In this document: in pieces, positions 6,860 to 14,321 of the stretch
Layout: the number at the start of each line of letters is the position of its first letter
How positions within the stretch are numbered: the stretch's first letter is position 1
Assembly: GCA_964452145.1 (NCBI GenBank)
Contig: CAYVLA010000035.1
Location: 9,944 to 29,119 of the forward strand
Origin: Candidatus Hadarchaeota archaeon
GTDB lineage: Archaea; CAYQAE01; CAYVLA01
Length of the DNA stretch: 19,176 nt
Direction: 5' to 3'
Notes under the pieces: model-generated
What the model saw: only the letters and a program-made list of their open reading frames with translations
Database searches by the model: none
What the model was told of the DNA's origin: nothing
Translations under genes and position numbers: made by a program

Positions 6860-8416
6860 ATGAGACTTCCGGCGATACACACAGTTGATGGCCGCCCCTT
6901 GCTGGGGACCTACGCTGCCTCGAAGTTGGAGGATCTTGAGCTTGTCAAGGGCGCCAGGATGAACGTGGTGATAGGCGGAGCCGAGCTGCTTGATCTGGGT
7001 ACGCCGGAGGGCGGCTTCCTTCGCGACAACGAGATCAGGGTTCTGTACCATCTCACACAACACATCTACGGCATGCCCACCCTGGGCGACTCTATCGCGC
7101 CCGATGCTCGCATCATTCCCCTCTCAAACAGGCCTGCCAGGCCGCTTCCCGATTCAGGCGTGGTCCTGATAGAGGAGGAACTTGTGAGGTATGAGGAGTA
7201 CACCCCAACCGCCCTTCAGGGTTGCGAGAGAGGATGCTCCGGGACCGAGCCGGCAAGCCATTACGAGGGCATCTTCCTCTTCATGCCCGAAAGATGCGCC
7301 CAGGATATCCGGGCCGTGAAGGATTCACCCAATCTGCTGGGCTACTATGTCCTGGACGACAGCCCTGGAGACGCGCTTTCGGCCCTGAAAGGTATCTACT
7401 CCACGATATGTAGAGAGGAGGGTCCCGACCACCACGTGGTGGCCGCCGGCTACGGAAGCTATGGTTCCCCGGCAAACTTCGCCCCGGGCGTCTGTGACCT
7501 GATGCTCATCTACTGGTATCCCGTCAGCACCGGAGGATACGACCGACTAATGATTGGCCGCAACGTCCAATGGATGCTGACATGCGCCAGAGCCCGGGTG
7601 CCGGGAATACCATTCGCCGGGGTCTACCAGGCCTTTGGAGGAGACGGAGCAGGTTCGCCGAGCCCTTTGCAGATCCGGCTTCAGATGGAGGACTTCGTCA
7701 GGGAGGGAGCCTGCGGGCTCATAGCCTTCGCATGCAGGGTCGGCCGCCCACTTGTAGGCTGGTCGGATGACCCCAAGGCCCAGAACGCCATCAGAAAAGC
7801 AAACATAGAGATACTCAAGACCGGAGGGCTCAAGGTCAGGCCCCAGCCCGCGGCGATGAGGAAGAGCCGCATTCAGCCCCTTGGCCACTGGCAGAGACCA
7901 CGGGAGATCCCGGGGCTAGTCCCGGCATGGTTCATAGTCGGCCCCTTTGACGACAGAGACCATCTCGCTCTCGGCACAGTGCATCCGCCCGAGAAGGAGC
8001 TCAACCCTTCCGCAACCTACGAGGGGAGGCCCGGGCCCGTCCACTGGATCAAACGATCCGCCTGCGCAGGCTTCGTGGGGCTGGGCGAGCTATACGGAGA
8101 TCAGGCCTACACCGCGAATGCGATCGCCTACGGCACCTGTCAGGTGACGAGCCCCAGGAGCCAGAAGGTCAAGGCGGCGGTGGGCAGCGACGATGATATT
8201 CAGGTATGGCTGGACGGAAGAGAGATCTGGCGCCACGAGGGATCCAGGGGGCTTGAGCCCGACCATGATCGATTCAACCTCCAACTCCCGCAGGGGACAA
8301 GCACGATCCTAGTGAAGGTCTGCAACCGGAAGGGCATGTGGGGATACTTCATGAGGTTCCTCGACCTTAAGGGCTGGCCTCTCAAGGGACTCAAGTTCTC
8401 CCCCGGCGGACACTGA
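6860..8416 (+). CDS. Uncharacterised glycoside-hydrolase-like TIM-barrel protein with C-terminal beta-sandwich domain
   Basis: SD GGAGGAGG. GH-like segments LLGYYVLDDSPGD, LIYWYPV, GVYQAFG and GACGLIAF. C-terminal WFIVGPFD...AIAYG...VGSDDDIQVWLDG...ILVKVCN..GMWGY resembles accessory domains of CAZymes/hydrolases. No signal peptide evident. Confidence 0.6.
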   Translation: MRLPAIHTVDGRPLLGTYAASKLEDLELVKGARMNVVIGGAELLDLGTPEGGFLRDNEIRVLYHLTQHIYGMPTLGDSIAPDARIIPLSNRPARPLPDSGVVLIEEELVRYEEYTPTALQGCERGCSGTEPASHYEGIFLFMPERCAQDIRAVKDSPNLLGYYVLDDSPGDALSALKGIYSTICREEGPDHHVVAAGYGSYGSPANFAPGVCDLMLIYWYPVSTGGYDRLMIGRNVQWMLTCARARVPGIPFAGVYQAFGGDGAGSPSPLQIRLQMEDFVREGACGLIAFACRVGRPLVGWSDDPKAQNAIRKANIEILKTGGLKVRPQPAAMRKSRIQPLGHWQRPREIPGLVPAWFIVGPFDDRDHLALGTVHPPEKELNPSATYEGRPGPVHWIKRSACAGFVGLGELYGDQAYTANAIAYGTCQVTSPRSQKVKAAVGSDDDIQVWLDGREIWRHEGSRGLEPDHDRFNLQLPQGTSTILVKVCNRKGMWGYFMRFLDLKGWPLKGLKFSPGGH

Positions 8417-8454
8417 ATTCGCACGGACCTCGATCGACGAATTCGGAAACAGGG

Positions 8455-9450
8455 CTATCTGTAGCGACCGTATCTGACGAAGGCCTCGGACATTGCGTCG
8501 ATCTTGTCGCGACTGTGGCCGATGGCATTCGGGGAGGGGTACCACTTGCAGATGAAGCCCCCGTCAAAGCAGCCAAAGTGCCCGACCAGGCTCCGGGCGT
8601 AGGCCCTGACCTCATCGGGACCGCCCTTCACCATCGTGTTCTGGATGTCAACCGGGCACCAGAAGCATATCTTGCCCCCGAAGTTCTCGGCAAGGAACTC
8701 GACCCCCATGTTCTGCTGCTGGTCCATCTGGATCACGTCGAGCTCGGCCTCGATCAGACCGTCCAGAAGCTCGCTTATGTGGCCGCAGCTGTGGAGCATG
8801 GTTATCATCCCCTGCTCATGGGCTTTGCGGTATATGCGCTCGTAGCAGGGCTGGAAGAACCTGCTGAACATTGCCGGGCTGATCAGGCTCCGGTCCTGGA
8901 GCCCCCAGTCGTCGCAGGAGATTATGCCATCCACGCCCAGGGGGGCCAGGTGCTCCAGGGCCACCAGCGCAATCTCGGTCAGCCAGCGGAGGACCTCCCT
9001 GAGCTCATCCGGGTGCCTGTAAGGATCGGACAGGGCGTTTCTGTTGCCCCTCAGGTAGTCCAGGCGGTGAATCAGTGAGACCGGGACCCCGGCAAGGACG
9101 AACTTATCCTCGGAGTTCTCCCTGGCCTTTTGCCGGATGCCCTCGTACCTCCCGGGGACGTCGTAGTCCGGCCACCTGAAGCCATCGAGGGCCGCGTAGT
9201 CCTCGAGGGGATGGACCTTGACCTGGCCCATGGTGGGATCGGTCTCCGAGACCTTCCTCCAGACGCATCCGAACTCGTCCTCGCCGTTGACGGAGGGCTT
9301 CCACCTCGGGTCGGGCCCCACGCCTGTGTGAAGGAAGTCCGTCCCCCACGGCTGGGGCAGGTCCCTGGGCACCCTCTCGGGCCCCTCAAATTGCACGGCC
9401 CGCGCGACGAGCTCCCTCCCGGGCATTCCGCCCCTTCCAGACTCGGACAT
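8455..9450 (-). CDS. Uroporphyrinogen decarboxylase / MtaA-CmuA methyltransferase family protein
   Basis: DEFGCVW, HPLED, LRG, CDDWGLQ..SLISP.MF..FF.P.Y, LHSCG, GGKICFWCPVDIQ, GGFI. Start ATG 9450, alternatively 9426 (MPGRELV). Confidence 0.88.
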   Translation of the reverse strand: MSESGRGGMPGRELVARAVQFEGPERVPRDLPQPWGTDFLHTGVGPDPRWKPSVNGEDEFGCVWRKVSETDPTMGQVKVHPLEDYAALDGFRWPDYDVPGRYEGIRQKARENSEDKFVLAGVPVSLIHRLDYLRGNRNALSDPYRHPDELREVLRWLTEIALVALEHLAPLGVDGIISCDDWGLQDRSLISPAMFSRFFQPCYERIYRKAHEQGMITMLHSCGHISELLDGLIEAELDVIQMDQQQNMGVEFLAENFGGKICFWCPVDIQNTMVKGGPDEVRAYARSLVGHFGCFDGGFICKWYPSPNAIGHSRDKIDAMSEAFVRYGRYR

Positions 9451-9681
9451 ATCCACCAGATCTCCTGGCGAGCGGGGCCTTCCCGCGGTTGATAACTCTT
9501 CCCGGCGAGACGCAGGCGGTCCGGTTACCACCTGCGCTTGGCCATGGCGCGCGATCGAGCCCGCCGGATTGCACTGCATTCATCGGAGTTCGGGGCCCGA
9601 TCGCGGGGCCTGCCGAGCCGAAGATGGAAGAAGGAAGGAAGAAGCCAAAGACATATTACCGCCCCGGGCTCACGGGATCTC

Positions 9682-12168
9682 ATGAGGGACATTGCCCTGG
9701 CGATCGTCGTCCTATTCTTCCCGACAGCGTTGTGCCAGCCTATCGTGAGGAATCTTGGCACCCCTATCACCTCCATGTCGATAAGGAGCTCCCTCCTGGT
9801 CATCGACCCCGTGACGGGGCGCCCGACCTACTACTCCGGTATGTACAGCTCGTCGGGCGTTGGGAGGCTCATCCGGTTCGACTACGCGGACGACCGGGTC
9901 GAGTATTTCGAGCTTCCTGGCACCCGCGGCTGCTACGGCCTCACGGAGGGGAAGGACGGGAGGATCTACGTCGGGACCATCTACAGTGCCCGGATCTTCA
10001 GCTTCGACCCTTGGACCAGGACCATCACGGATCACGGGACCGCGGGTGGCGAGGAGTACGTCTTCGAGCTCTGCACGGGCGCGGATGGCCGGATCTACGG
10101 CGGCACGTATCCGAATGCCAAGGTGGTCATGTACGACCCCGAATTGGACAGGGTCATCGATCTGGGGAGCTTCCATCGCACGGAGAAGTACGTGGGGGAC
10201 CTCTGCGTCGCGGACAACGGCAGGGTCTTCGCCGGCATCTCACCCAGGGCCGACATGGTCGTCTACGACCCGGTGACCAAGGAGAAGAGGAGCATCCTGC
10301 CGCCGGAGTACAGAGATGCCAGCAGCGTTGATCCAAACGCAGAGGGAAACCTCGTGTATGCCTCGGTCGACGGCAGGAAGCTCTTGATAATCGACGCGGA
10401 CACCCTGGAGATCATCTATGAGGTGGATCCCCCGCCCGGCGCCACGGTGAACACCCACGTCCCCATCTCCGGGGGCCCCCTGGTCATCCATGGCCTTCCC
10501 GGGGGCTACGTCCGGTTCAACAGGACCACCATGGAGCTCGTCCCCTTCTACACGCCCCCTATCTCGACCTACGACAACGCCACGGGCATCGCCTACACCC
10601 GGACGGGGGGGCGGCAGATCTTCCAGGCTTACAACCTCACCAGTGGGGAGCTCCTCAGCGAGGTGGACGTGAGCAAGGATGGCGACGGCATGGGGATCTT
10701 CAGCCTCGGGACCGGCCCCGATGGCTGCATCTACGGCGGGTCGGTGAGCATACTCCGCCTGTTCAAGTACGATCCCGCCACGGAAGTGCTGGAGGACCTC
10801 GGGTTCACCTACCCCTGGGGGGGAGGAGGCGAGTTCTACAGCATCCACACCCACAGCGACAGGCTCTACATGGCATCGTACGGAGGCTCAGTGCTGGGGT
10901 ACTACGAACCCTCACAGGAATGGAACCCAGGCACCGTTCCCGGTTCGAACCCGCGGTCGATAGGGGAAGTCGGCGGAGAGCAGAACAGGCCACATGCCAT
11001 GACCTCCTCGGCCGATGGAAAGATCTTCGTCGGGAGCGAGCCCGACTACGGGAAACACGGAGGGGCCCTATCGATCTACGACCCTGCAACCGACTCCTTC
11101 GAGGTCCACCGCCACATCGTGCCGAACCAGACGGTCCTATCCCTGACTGCAAGCGTCGACGGCTGGACGATCTACGGCGGCACCAGCACGCGAGGAGGGA
11201 CGGGCACGGACCCGATTACCACAAAGGCCCATTTCTTCGCTTGGGACGTTAGAACGGGACAGAAGACGCTGGACATCATTCCCGTGATCGGCGCAAACGA
11301 CATCCACGCCTTGGCAACCGCCCCCGACGGCAGGATATACGGCTCTGCGGGGACCGGTATCTTCGTGTACGACCCGGTGGTGGGCGGCATCATCCAAAGC
11401 CAAGGAGGCCCTGGAGGGGCCGTAACCGTCATGGTGACCTGCTGGGATGGCCTGATCTACGGTCGCACCGAGCGAACCATCTTCCGCATGAAACCCATAA
11501 GCCAACCCGGGGAGAGGGTCCGATTCGAGATCCTGCATACCTGCCAAGAGAGGAGCCGGGGCCTTGCCCTCGATGGAGATGGAAGGGCCTACTTCGGCGA
11601 CGGACCGGATCTGTACCTCATCGAGAACATACCTCGACCGGAGATCCCGACCCAGAATGCGATCATCTACGCTGGTGGACTCTCCCAGGGATGGAGCACC
11701 GCGTTCTCGGGCGCCGAGGTGGTTCTAGACGCGGAGTATCCAGGGGGCGGGAGGTGCCAGGAGATCACCCTCGACAGGTTCTGCACTCTGGAGTACTTTC
11801 CGCAGGAGCCCTGGGATATCACCCTCTGGGAGTATCGCGGCCTGTCCTTCAGCATCGATCCGGGAAACGCTACGATCAGCAAGCTCATGGCTACCAAGAC
11901 CGGGCCCGGGAGTTCTGAGACGGTCTCTGTACTGGAGGCATACGCGATCTCCCTTCGACCAGGGCATCTGACCCACGTCAGAGTCCCGGTTCAGGATCTT
12001 GACTGGGCTTTTGGTTCACGCTTGGAGTCCCTGAAATTCATCGTCCTGGGATCAGGAACCTTCTACATAAGCTCCATCTACCTGGAGGCCTGGGAGCCTG
12101 CTGGCTGCCTCGGTGTGATGTTGGTTGCATTTGGCGTCCTGATTGGGTGGTCTCGCTCTGTCGGATAG
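9682..12168 (+). CDS. Secreted multi-blade beta-propeller protein with C-terminal CBM-like domain and membrane anchor
   Basis: Signal peptide MRDIALAIVVLFFPTALCQ at ATG 9682. Repeated xxDGRIYxG blades (GKDGRIYVGT, GADGRIYGGT, GPDGCIYGGS, SADGKIFVGS, APDGRIYGS, CWDGLIYG). Ends with a jelly-roll-like tail (IYAGGLSQGW...YRGLSFSID...GTFYISSIYLE) and a hydrophobic C-terminus. Confidence 0.8.
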   Translation: MRDIALAIVVLFFPTALCQPIVRNLGTPITSMSIRSSLLVIDPVTGRPTYYSGMYSSSGVGRLIRFDYADDRVEYFELPGTRGCYGLTEGKDGRIYVGTIYSARIFSFDPWTRTITDHGTAGGEEYVFELCTGADGRIYGGTYPNAKVVMYDPELDRVIDLGSFHRTEKYVGDLCVADNGRVFAGISPRADMVVYDPVTKEKRSILPPEYRDASSVDPNAEGNLVYASVDGRKLLIIDADTLEIIYEVDPPPGATVNTHVPISGGPLVIHGLPGGYVRFNRTTMELVPFYTPPISTYDNATGIAYTRTGGRQIFQAYNLTSGELLSEVDVSKDGDGMGIFSLGTGPDGCIYGGSVSILRLFKYDPATEVLEDLGFTYPWGGGGEFYSIHTHSDRLYMASYGGSVLGYYEPSQEWNPGTVPGSNPRSIGEVGGEQNRPHAMTSSADGKIFVGSEPDYGKHGGALSIYDPATDSFEVHRHIVPNQTVLSLTASVDGWTIYGGTSTRGGTGTDPITTKAHFFAWDVRTGQKTLDIIPVIGANDIHALATAPDGRIYGSAGTGIFVYDPVVGGIIQSQGGPGGAVTVMVTCWDGLIYGRTERTIFRMKPISQPGERVRFEILHTCQERSRGLALDGDGRAYFGDGPDLYLIENIPRPEIPTQNAIIYAGGLSQGWSTAFSGAEVVLDAEYPGGGRCQEITLDRFCTLEYFPQEPWDITLWEYRGLSFSIDPGNATISKLMATKTGPGSSETVSVLEAYAISLRPGHLTHVRVPVQDLDWAFGSRLESLKFIVLGSGTFYISSIYLEAWEPAGCLGVMLVAFGVLIGWSRSVG

Positions 12169-12216
12169 CCGGGCTGTTCAAAAGTCCGGTCCAGAAGTGG
12201 CAGATCGGAATGCTGG

Positions 12217-12999
12217 CTAGACCGGCCTGAGGGTTCCGACGAAGACCTGCCATGCGAGAAGGGTCTTGGCGACCAGGCTCAGGATTATGTAGAACCTCTC
12301 CCCGTACAGGTAGTCCTTCCACCTGCCTATCCTCCGGTACTGCAGGATCATGTTGATGGCGAAGATGTTGAAGAAGAAGGCTATGGAGACGTATATGTAG
12401 TAGACGAAGTCAGGTATGCCTCCATTGGCTGCGAGCGTTGCTCCGCCGAGATACATGCCTATGACGACCCAGGGTATGACCCCCGCGAAGACGCCGTAGT
12501 AGTAGGCGGTCCAGTTGGTCTTCTCGGTGGTCTGGTTATGAAGCTCCATCATCAGTCCGAAGAGGTTCATGATCGCGTTGAGGGCAAAGAGCGGAATGAT
12601 GGTGCCCAGGTCGTAGATCCCGGTAAGCATTGCGATGACTACTATCATGATGGACGAGCTTATTGCGTACTCGTACCACCTGGCGTAGTTGATGTGCTTC
12701 TTCAGGTTCTTCACATACCAGGGGTATCCCCAGGGGGAGGCCAACGAGAAGTGGGCGATGGCGGATGCGAGAAGAAAGAGCGCGACCATCGGCCCCAGTG
12801 GGATGCTGGCAACTGTATCGGTGGCAAGCTCCAAGCGCTGCGAGGTGGCGTTGAATACCAGGTAGGACGCGGTGACGGGCAGCTTGAAGTTGTTGCTCAA
12901 CAATAGCATTAACAAGAACTGCACGAAGTGGAAGACTCCCATTACCGCGTTGAAGCGCCTGAGCTTTGGATATCGCGTCTCATCGTATGAACTCAACAC
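12217..12999 (-). CDS. heR: Heliorhodopsin (HeR)
   Basis: LRRFNAVMGVFHFVQ, SAIAHF, NYARWYEYAISSSIM, MNLFGLMME, NMILQY...GRWKDYLYGERFYIILSLVAKTLLAWQ with the retinal-binding Lys in SLVAK; 7 hydrophobic helices. Start GTG 12999 or TTG 12996, after GAGG. Confidence 0.97.
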   Translation of the reverse strand: MLSSYDETRYPKLRRFNAVMGVFHFVQFLLMLLLSNNFKLPVTASYLVFNATSQRLELATDTVASIPLGPMVALFLLASAIAHFSLASPWGYPWYVKNLKKHINYARWYEYAISSSIMIVVIAMLTGIYDLGTIIPLFALNAIMNLFGLMMELHNQTTEKTNWTAYYYGVFAGVIPWVVIGMYLGGATLAANGGIPDFVYYIYVSIAFFFNIFAINMILQYRRIGRWKDYLYGERFYIILSLVAKTLLAWQVFVGTLRPV

Positions 13000-13048
13000 A
13001 ATCAGCCTCGGACCCGCTCTGCTGGGCGGACTACGAAAGCACTGCAGC

Positions 13049-13062
13049 CTTAAAACCATTCC
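13049..13062 (-). promoter_or_regulatory. Putative TATA box for heliorhodopsin
   Basis: Minus strand reads GGAATGG-TTTTAAG about 50 nt upstream of the start codon. Confidence 0.45.
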
Positions 13063-13157
13063 GAAAGTCCCGTCTCTTGGGAAATCGAAGGTCAACCCAG
13101 CCCCAGATTTGGATCGAGAGGGCTGCATCTGTCAAGACGACCCGCCGCACATTTCAT

Positions 13158-13170
13158 CAAAAGATTTAAA
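13158..13170 (+). promoter_or_regulatory. BRE + TATA box of tRNA-Arg
   Basis: CAAAAGA-TTTAAA; the TATA element (13165-13170) lies 23-28 nt upstream of the tRNA 5' end. Confidence 0.7.
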
Positions 13171-13192
13171 CTCAATCCTGGGGACCACCTCT

Positions 13193-13267
13193 GGGCTCGT
13201 GGCCTAGCTAGGATAAGGCACCAGGCTTCGGACCTGGATATCGCGGGTTCAAATCCCGCCGGGCCCA
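13193..13267 (+). tRNA. tRNA-Arg (anticodon TCG)
   Basis: Acceptor stem GGGCTCG/CGGGCCC plus discriminator A; D arm GCCT..AGGC with A20; anticodon arm CCAGG-CT TCG GA-CCTGG (anticodon 13228-13230); T arm GCGGG-TTCAAAT-CCCGC. No intron, CCA not encoded. Confidence 0.97.
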
Positions 13268-13287
13268 CTCCATACAGGCCCACTCCA
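13262..13287 (+). repeat. 11-bp direct repeat covering the tRNA 3' end
   Basis: GGCCCACTCCA at 13262-13272 and 13277-13287, separated by TACA. Confidence 0.85.
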
Positions 13288-13294
13288 AGCATGG

Positions 13295-13537
13295 TTGGGA
13301 ACTGGCGATCAGGCTAACCAGCAGCCCAATATCCTCTGCGCTGCAAGAGGTGTGGGGGGATACTGCGGAGCAGGTGCCAAAGAGAAACCGTACATACTCA
13401 CAGACCTAACAGTAACGAATCCCGCCGGGATCGCCGGGGAAACCGAACAGGCCGGCATAGTAGCCCAATCAGACCAGCTCCCAGATGTATCTCAATATGT
13501 ACTCCTCCTATCATCAAGACGCGACTGCAACGGGTGA
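13295..13537 (+). pseudogene. Possible remnant of an archaeal beta-helix (NosD/CASH-like) surface protein
   Basis: AARGVGGYCGAGAKEKPYILTDLTV resembles the N-terminal cap A.NGV..G.GT..DPYII....I of such proteins; short ORF with no further domain. Confidence 0.3.
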
Positions 13538-13572
13538 CTCCAAACTCACCTAAGAGAAGCGACTTCGACATG

Positions 13573-13590
13573 CGAAATATCTATTAATGT
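13573..13590 (+). promoter_or_regulatory. Putative promoter of the VapBC operon
   Basis: AT-rich CGAAATATCTATTAAT, 22-27 nt upstream of ATG 13609, consistent with a leaderless transcript. Confidence 0.45.
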
Positions 13591-13608
13591 AGTTTCTGAA
13601 TGCATATC

Positions 13609-13842
13609 ATGGTCGAGAAGATGAAGCACGTGCAGACTGAGATCCCTGGCGACCTCTACGTCAGGCTCCTGGGCATGGCGAGGGCCTCAGGTATCACGCT
13701 GAAGCAACAGCTGAGGGAGGCCTTGATCGACTTCGTAGATAGGAAAGGACGAGGTGCTGCGGAGGATTCCTTGCTGTCCTTGGTTGCCTCACTCCACACG
13801 GAGGAGGGCAACTGGAGCGAGCGAAAGGACTGGAGGCCCTAA
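13609..13842 (+). CDS. vapB: Ribbon-helix-helix antitoxin (VapB-like)
   Basis: MKHVQTEIPGDLYVRL...A...GITLKQQLREALIDFV (beta-alpha-alpha pattern); 3 nt upstream of the PIN gene. Start could be 13600, 13609 or 13621. Confidence 0.8.
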   Translation: MVEKMKHVQTEIPGDLYVRLLGMARASGITLKQQLREALIDFVDRKGRGAAEDSLLSLVASLHTEEGNWSERKDWRP

Positions 13843-13845
13843 TCC

Positions 13846-14250
13846 TTGCAGGAATACCTCGACACGAGCGCGCTGATGGCCCTGAGCGATTCCAGGGACG
13901 CCAACCACGACAGGGCAGCAAGGCACATGCAGGATGCCCTCTCCCAGAGAGTGAGATTCACCATTGGCAAGCCCGTCTTGGTGGAGTTCATCGATGGCGT
14001 GATGAAGCGCGTTGGAAAGGGGAAGGCCGTGGACCATCTCAGAGCCATACTGGATAGCAAGGTTGTGTCGCTCGTGCTCGAGACTGGGCCGGATTGGAAG
14101 AAAGCTGTCTCGATCTTCTTGGAGCATGATGACACAAGAATCGATCTGACCGACGCCCTGAGCTTCTCGATCATGGAACGTCTCGGGATCGGCACCGCCT
14201 TCACCTTCGACTCGGATTTCAAGGCAAGAGGCTTCGCGATCGTTCCCTGA
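13846..14250 (+). CDS. vapC: PIN-domain ribonuclease toxin (VapC)
   Basis: YLDTSALMAL..S.D.NH..A, VLVEF, IDLTDALSFSIM...GI..AFTFDSDF; conserved acidic residues present; TTG start. Confidence 0.93.
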   Translation: MQEYLDTSALMALSDSRDANHDRAARHMQDALSQRVRFTIGKPVLVEFIDGVMKRVGKGKAVDHLRAILDSKVVSLVLETGPDWKKAVSIFLEHDDTRIDLTDALSFSIMERLGIGTAFTFDSDFKARGFAIVP

Positions 14251-14285
14251 ACGGGTGCCCTGGCTGGGTCATGATCGACCATCAG

Positions 14286-14297
14286 CAAGATTTATAC
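14286..14297 (+). promoter_or_regulatory. BRE + TATA box of the surface-protein gene
   Basis: CAAGA-TTTATA (TATA 14291-14296), followed by GGTGAGG and ATG 14322. Confidence 0.55.
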
Positions 14298-14321
14298 CGC
14301 TCACCGTTGCGGGGTGAGGGC

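Noticed and set aside
8455..9450. Calling this gene hemE (true uroporphyrinogen decarboxylase)
   Set aside because: Lacks the RQAGR motif and has no tetrapyrrole context; HSC motif fits the MtaA-like branch.
9451..9681. Overlapping N-terminal extensions of the UroD-like (9579) and propeller (9538) ORFs
   Set aside because: Both read through a divergent promoter region; the signal peptide starts at 9682 and the UroD-like sequence at 9450/9426.
13000..13128. Possible N-terminal fusion domain on heliorhodopsin
   Set aside because: The extension spans the TATA-like box and SD; family similarity starts near KLRRFN.
13469..13510. Minus-strand AGGAGG followed by TTG mini-ORF MRYIWELV-TGA; considered as a small peptide or Sec readthrough
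   Set aside because: Only 8 codons; readthrough meets a TAG about 20 codons later, with no recognisable motif or SECIS-like element.
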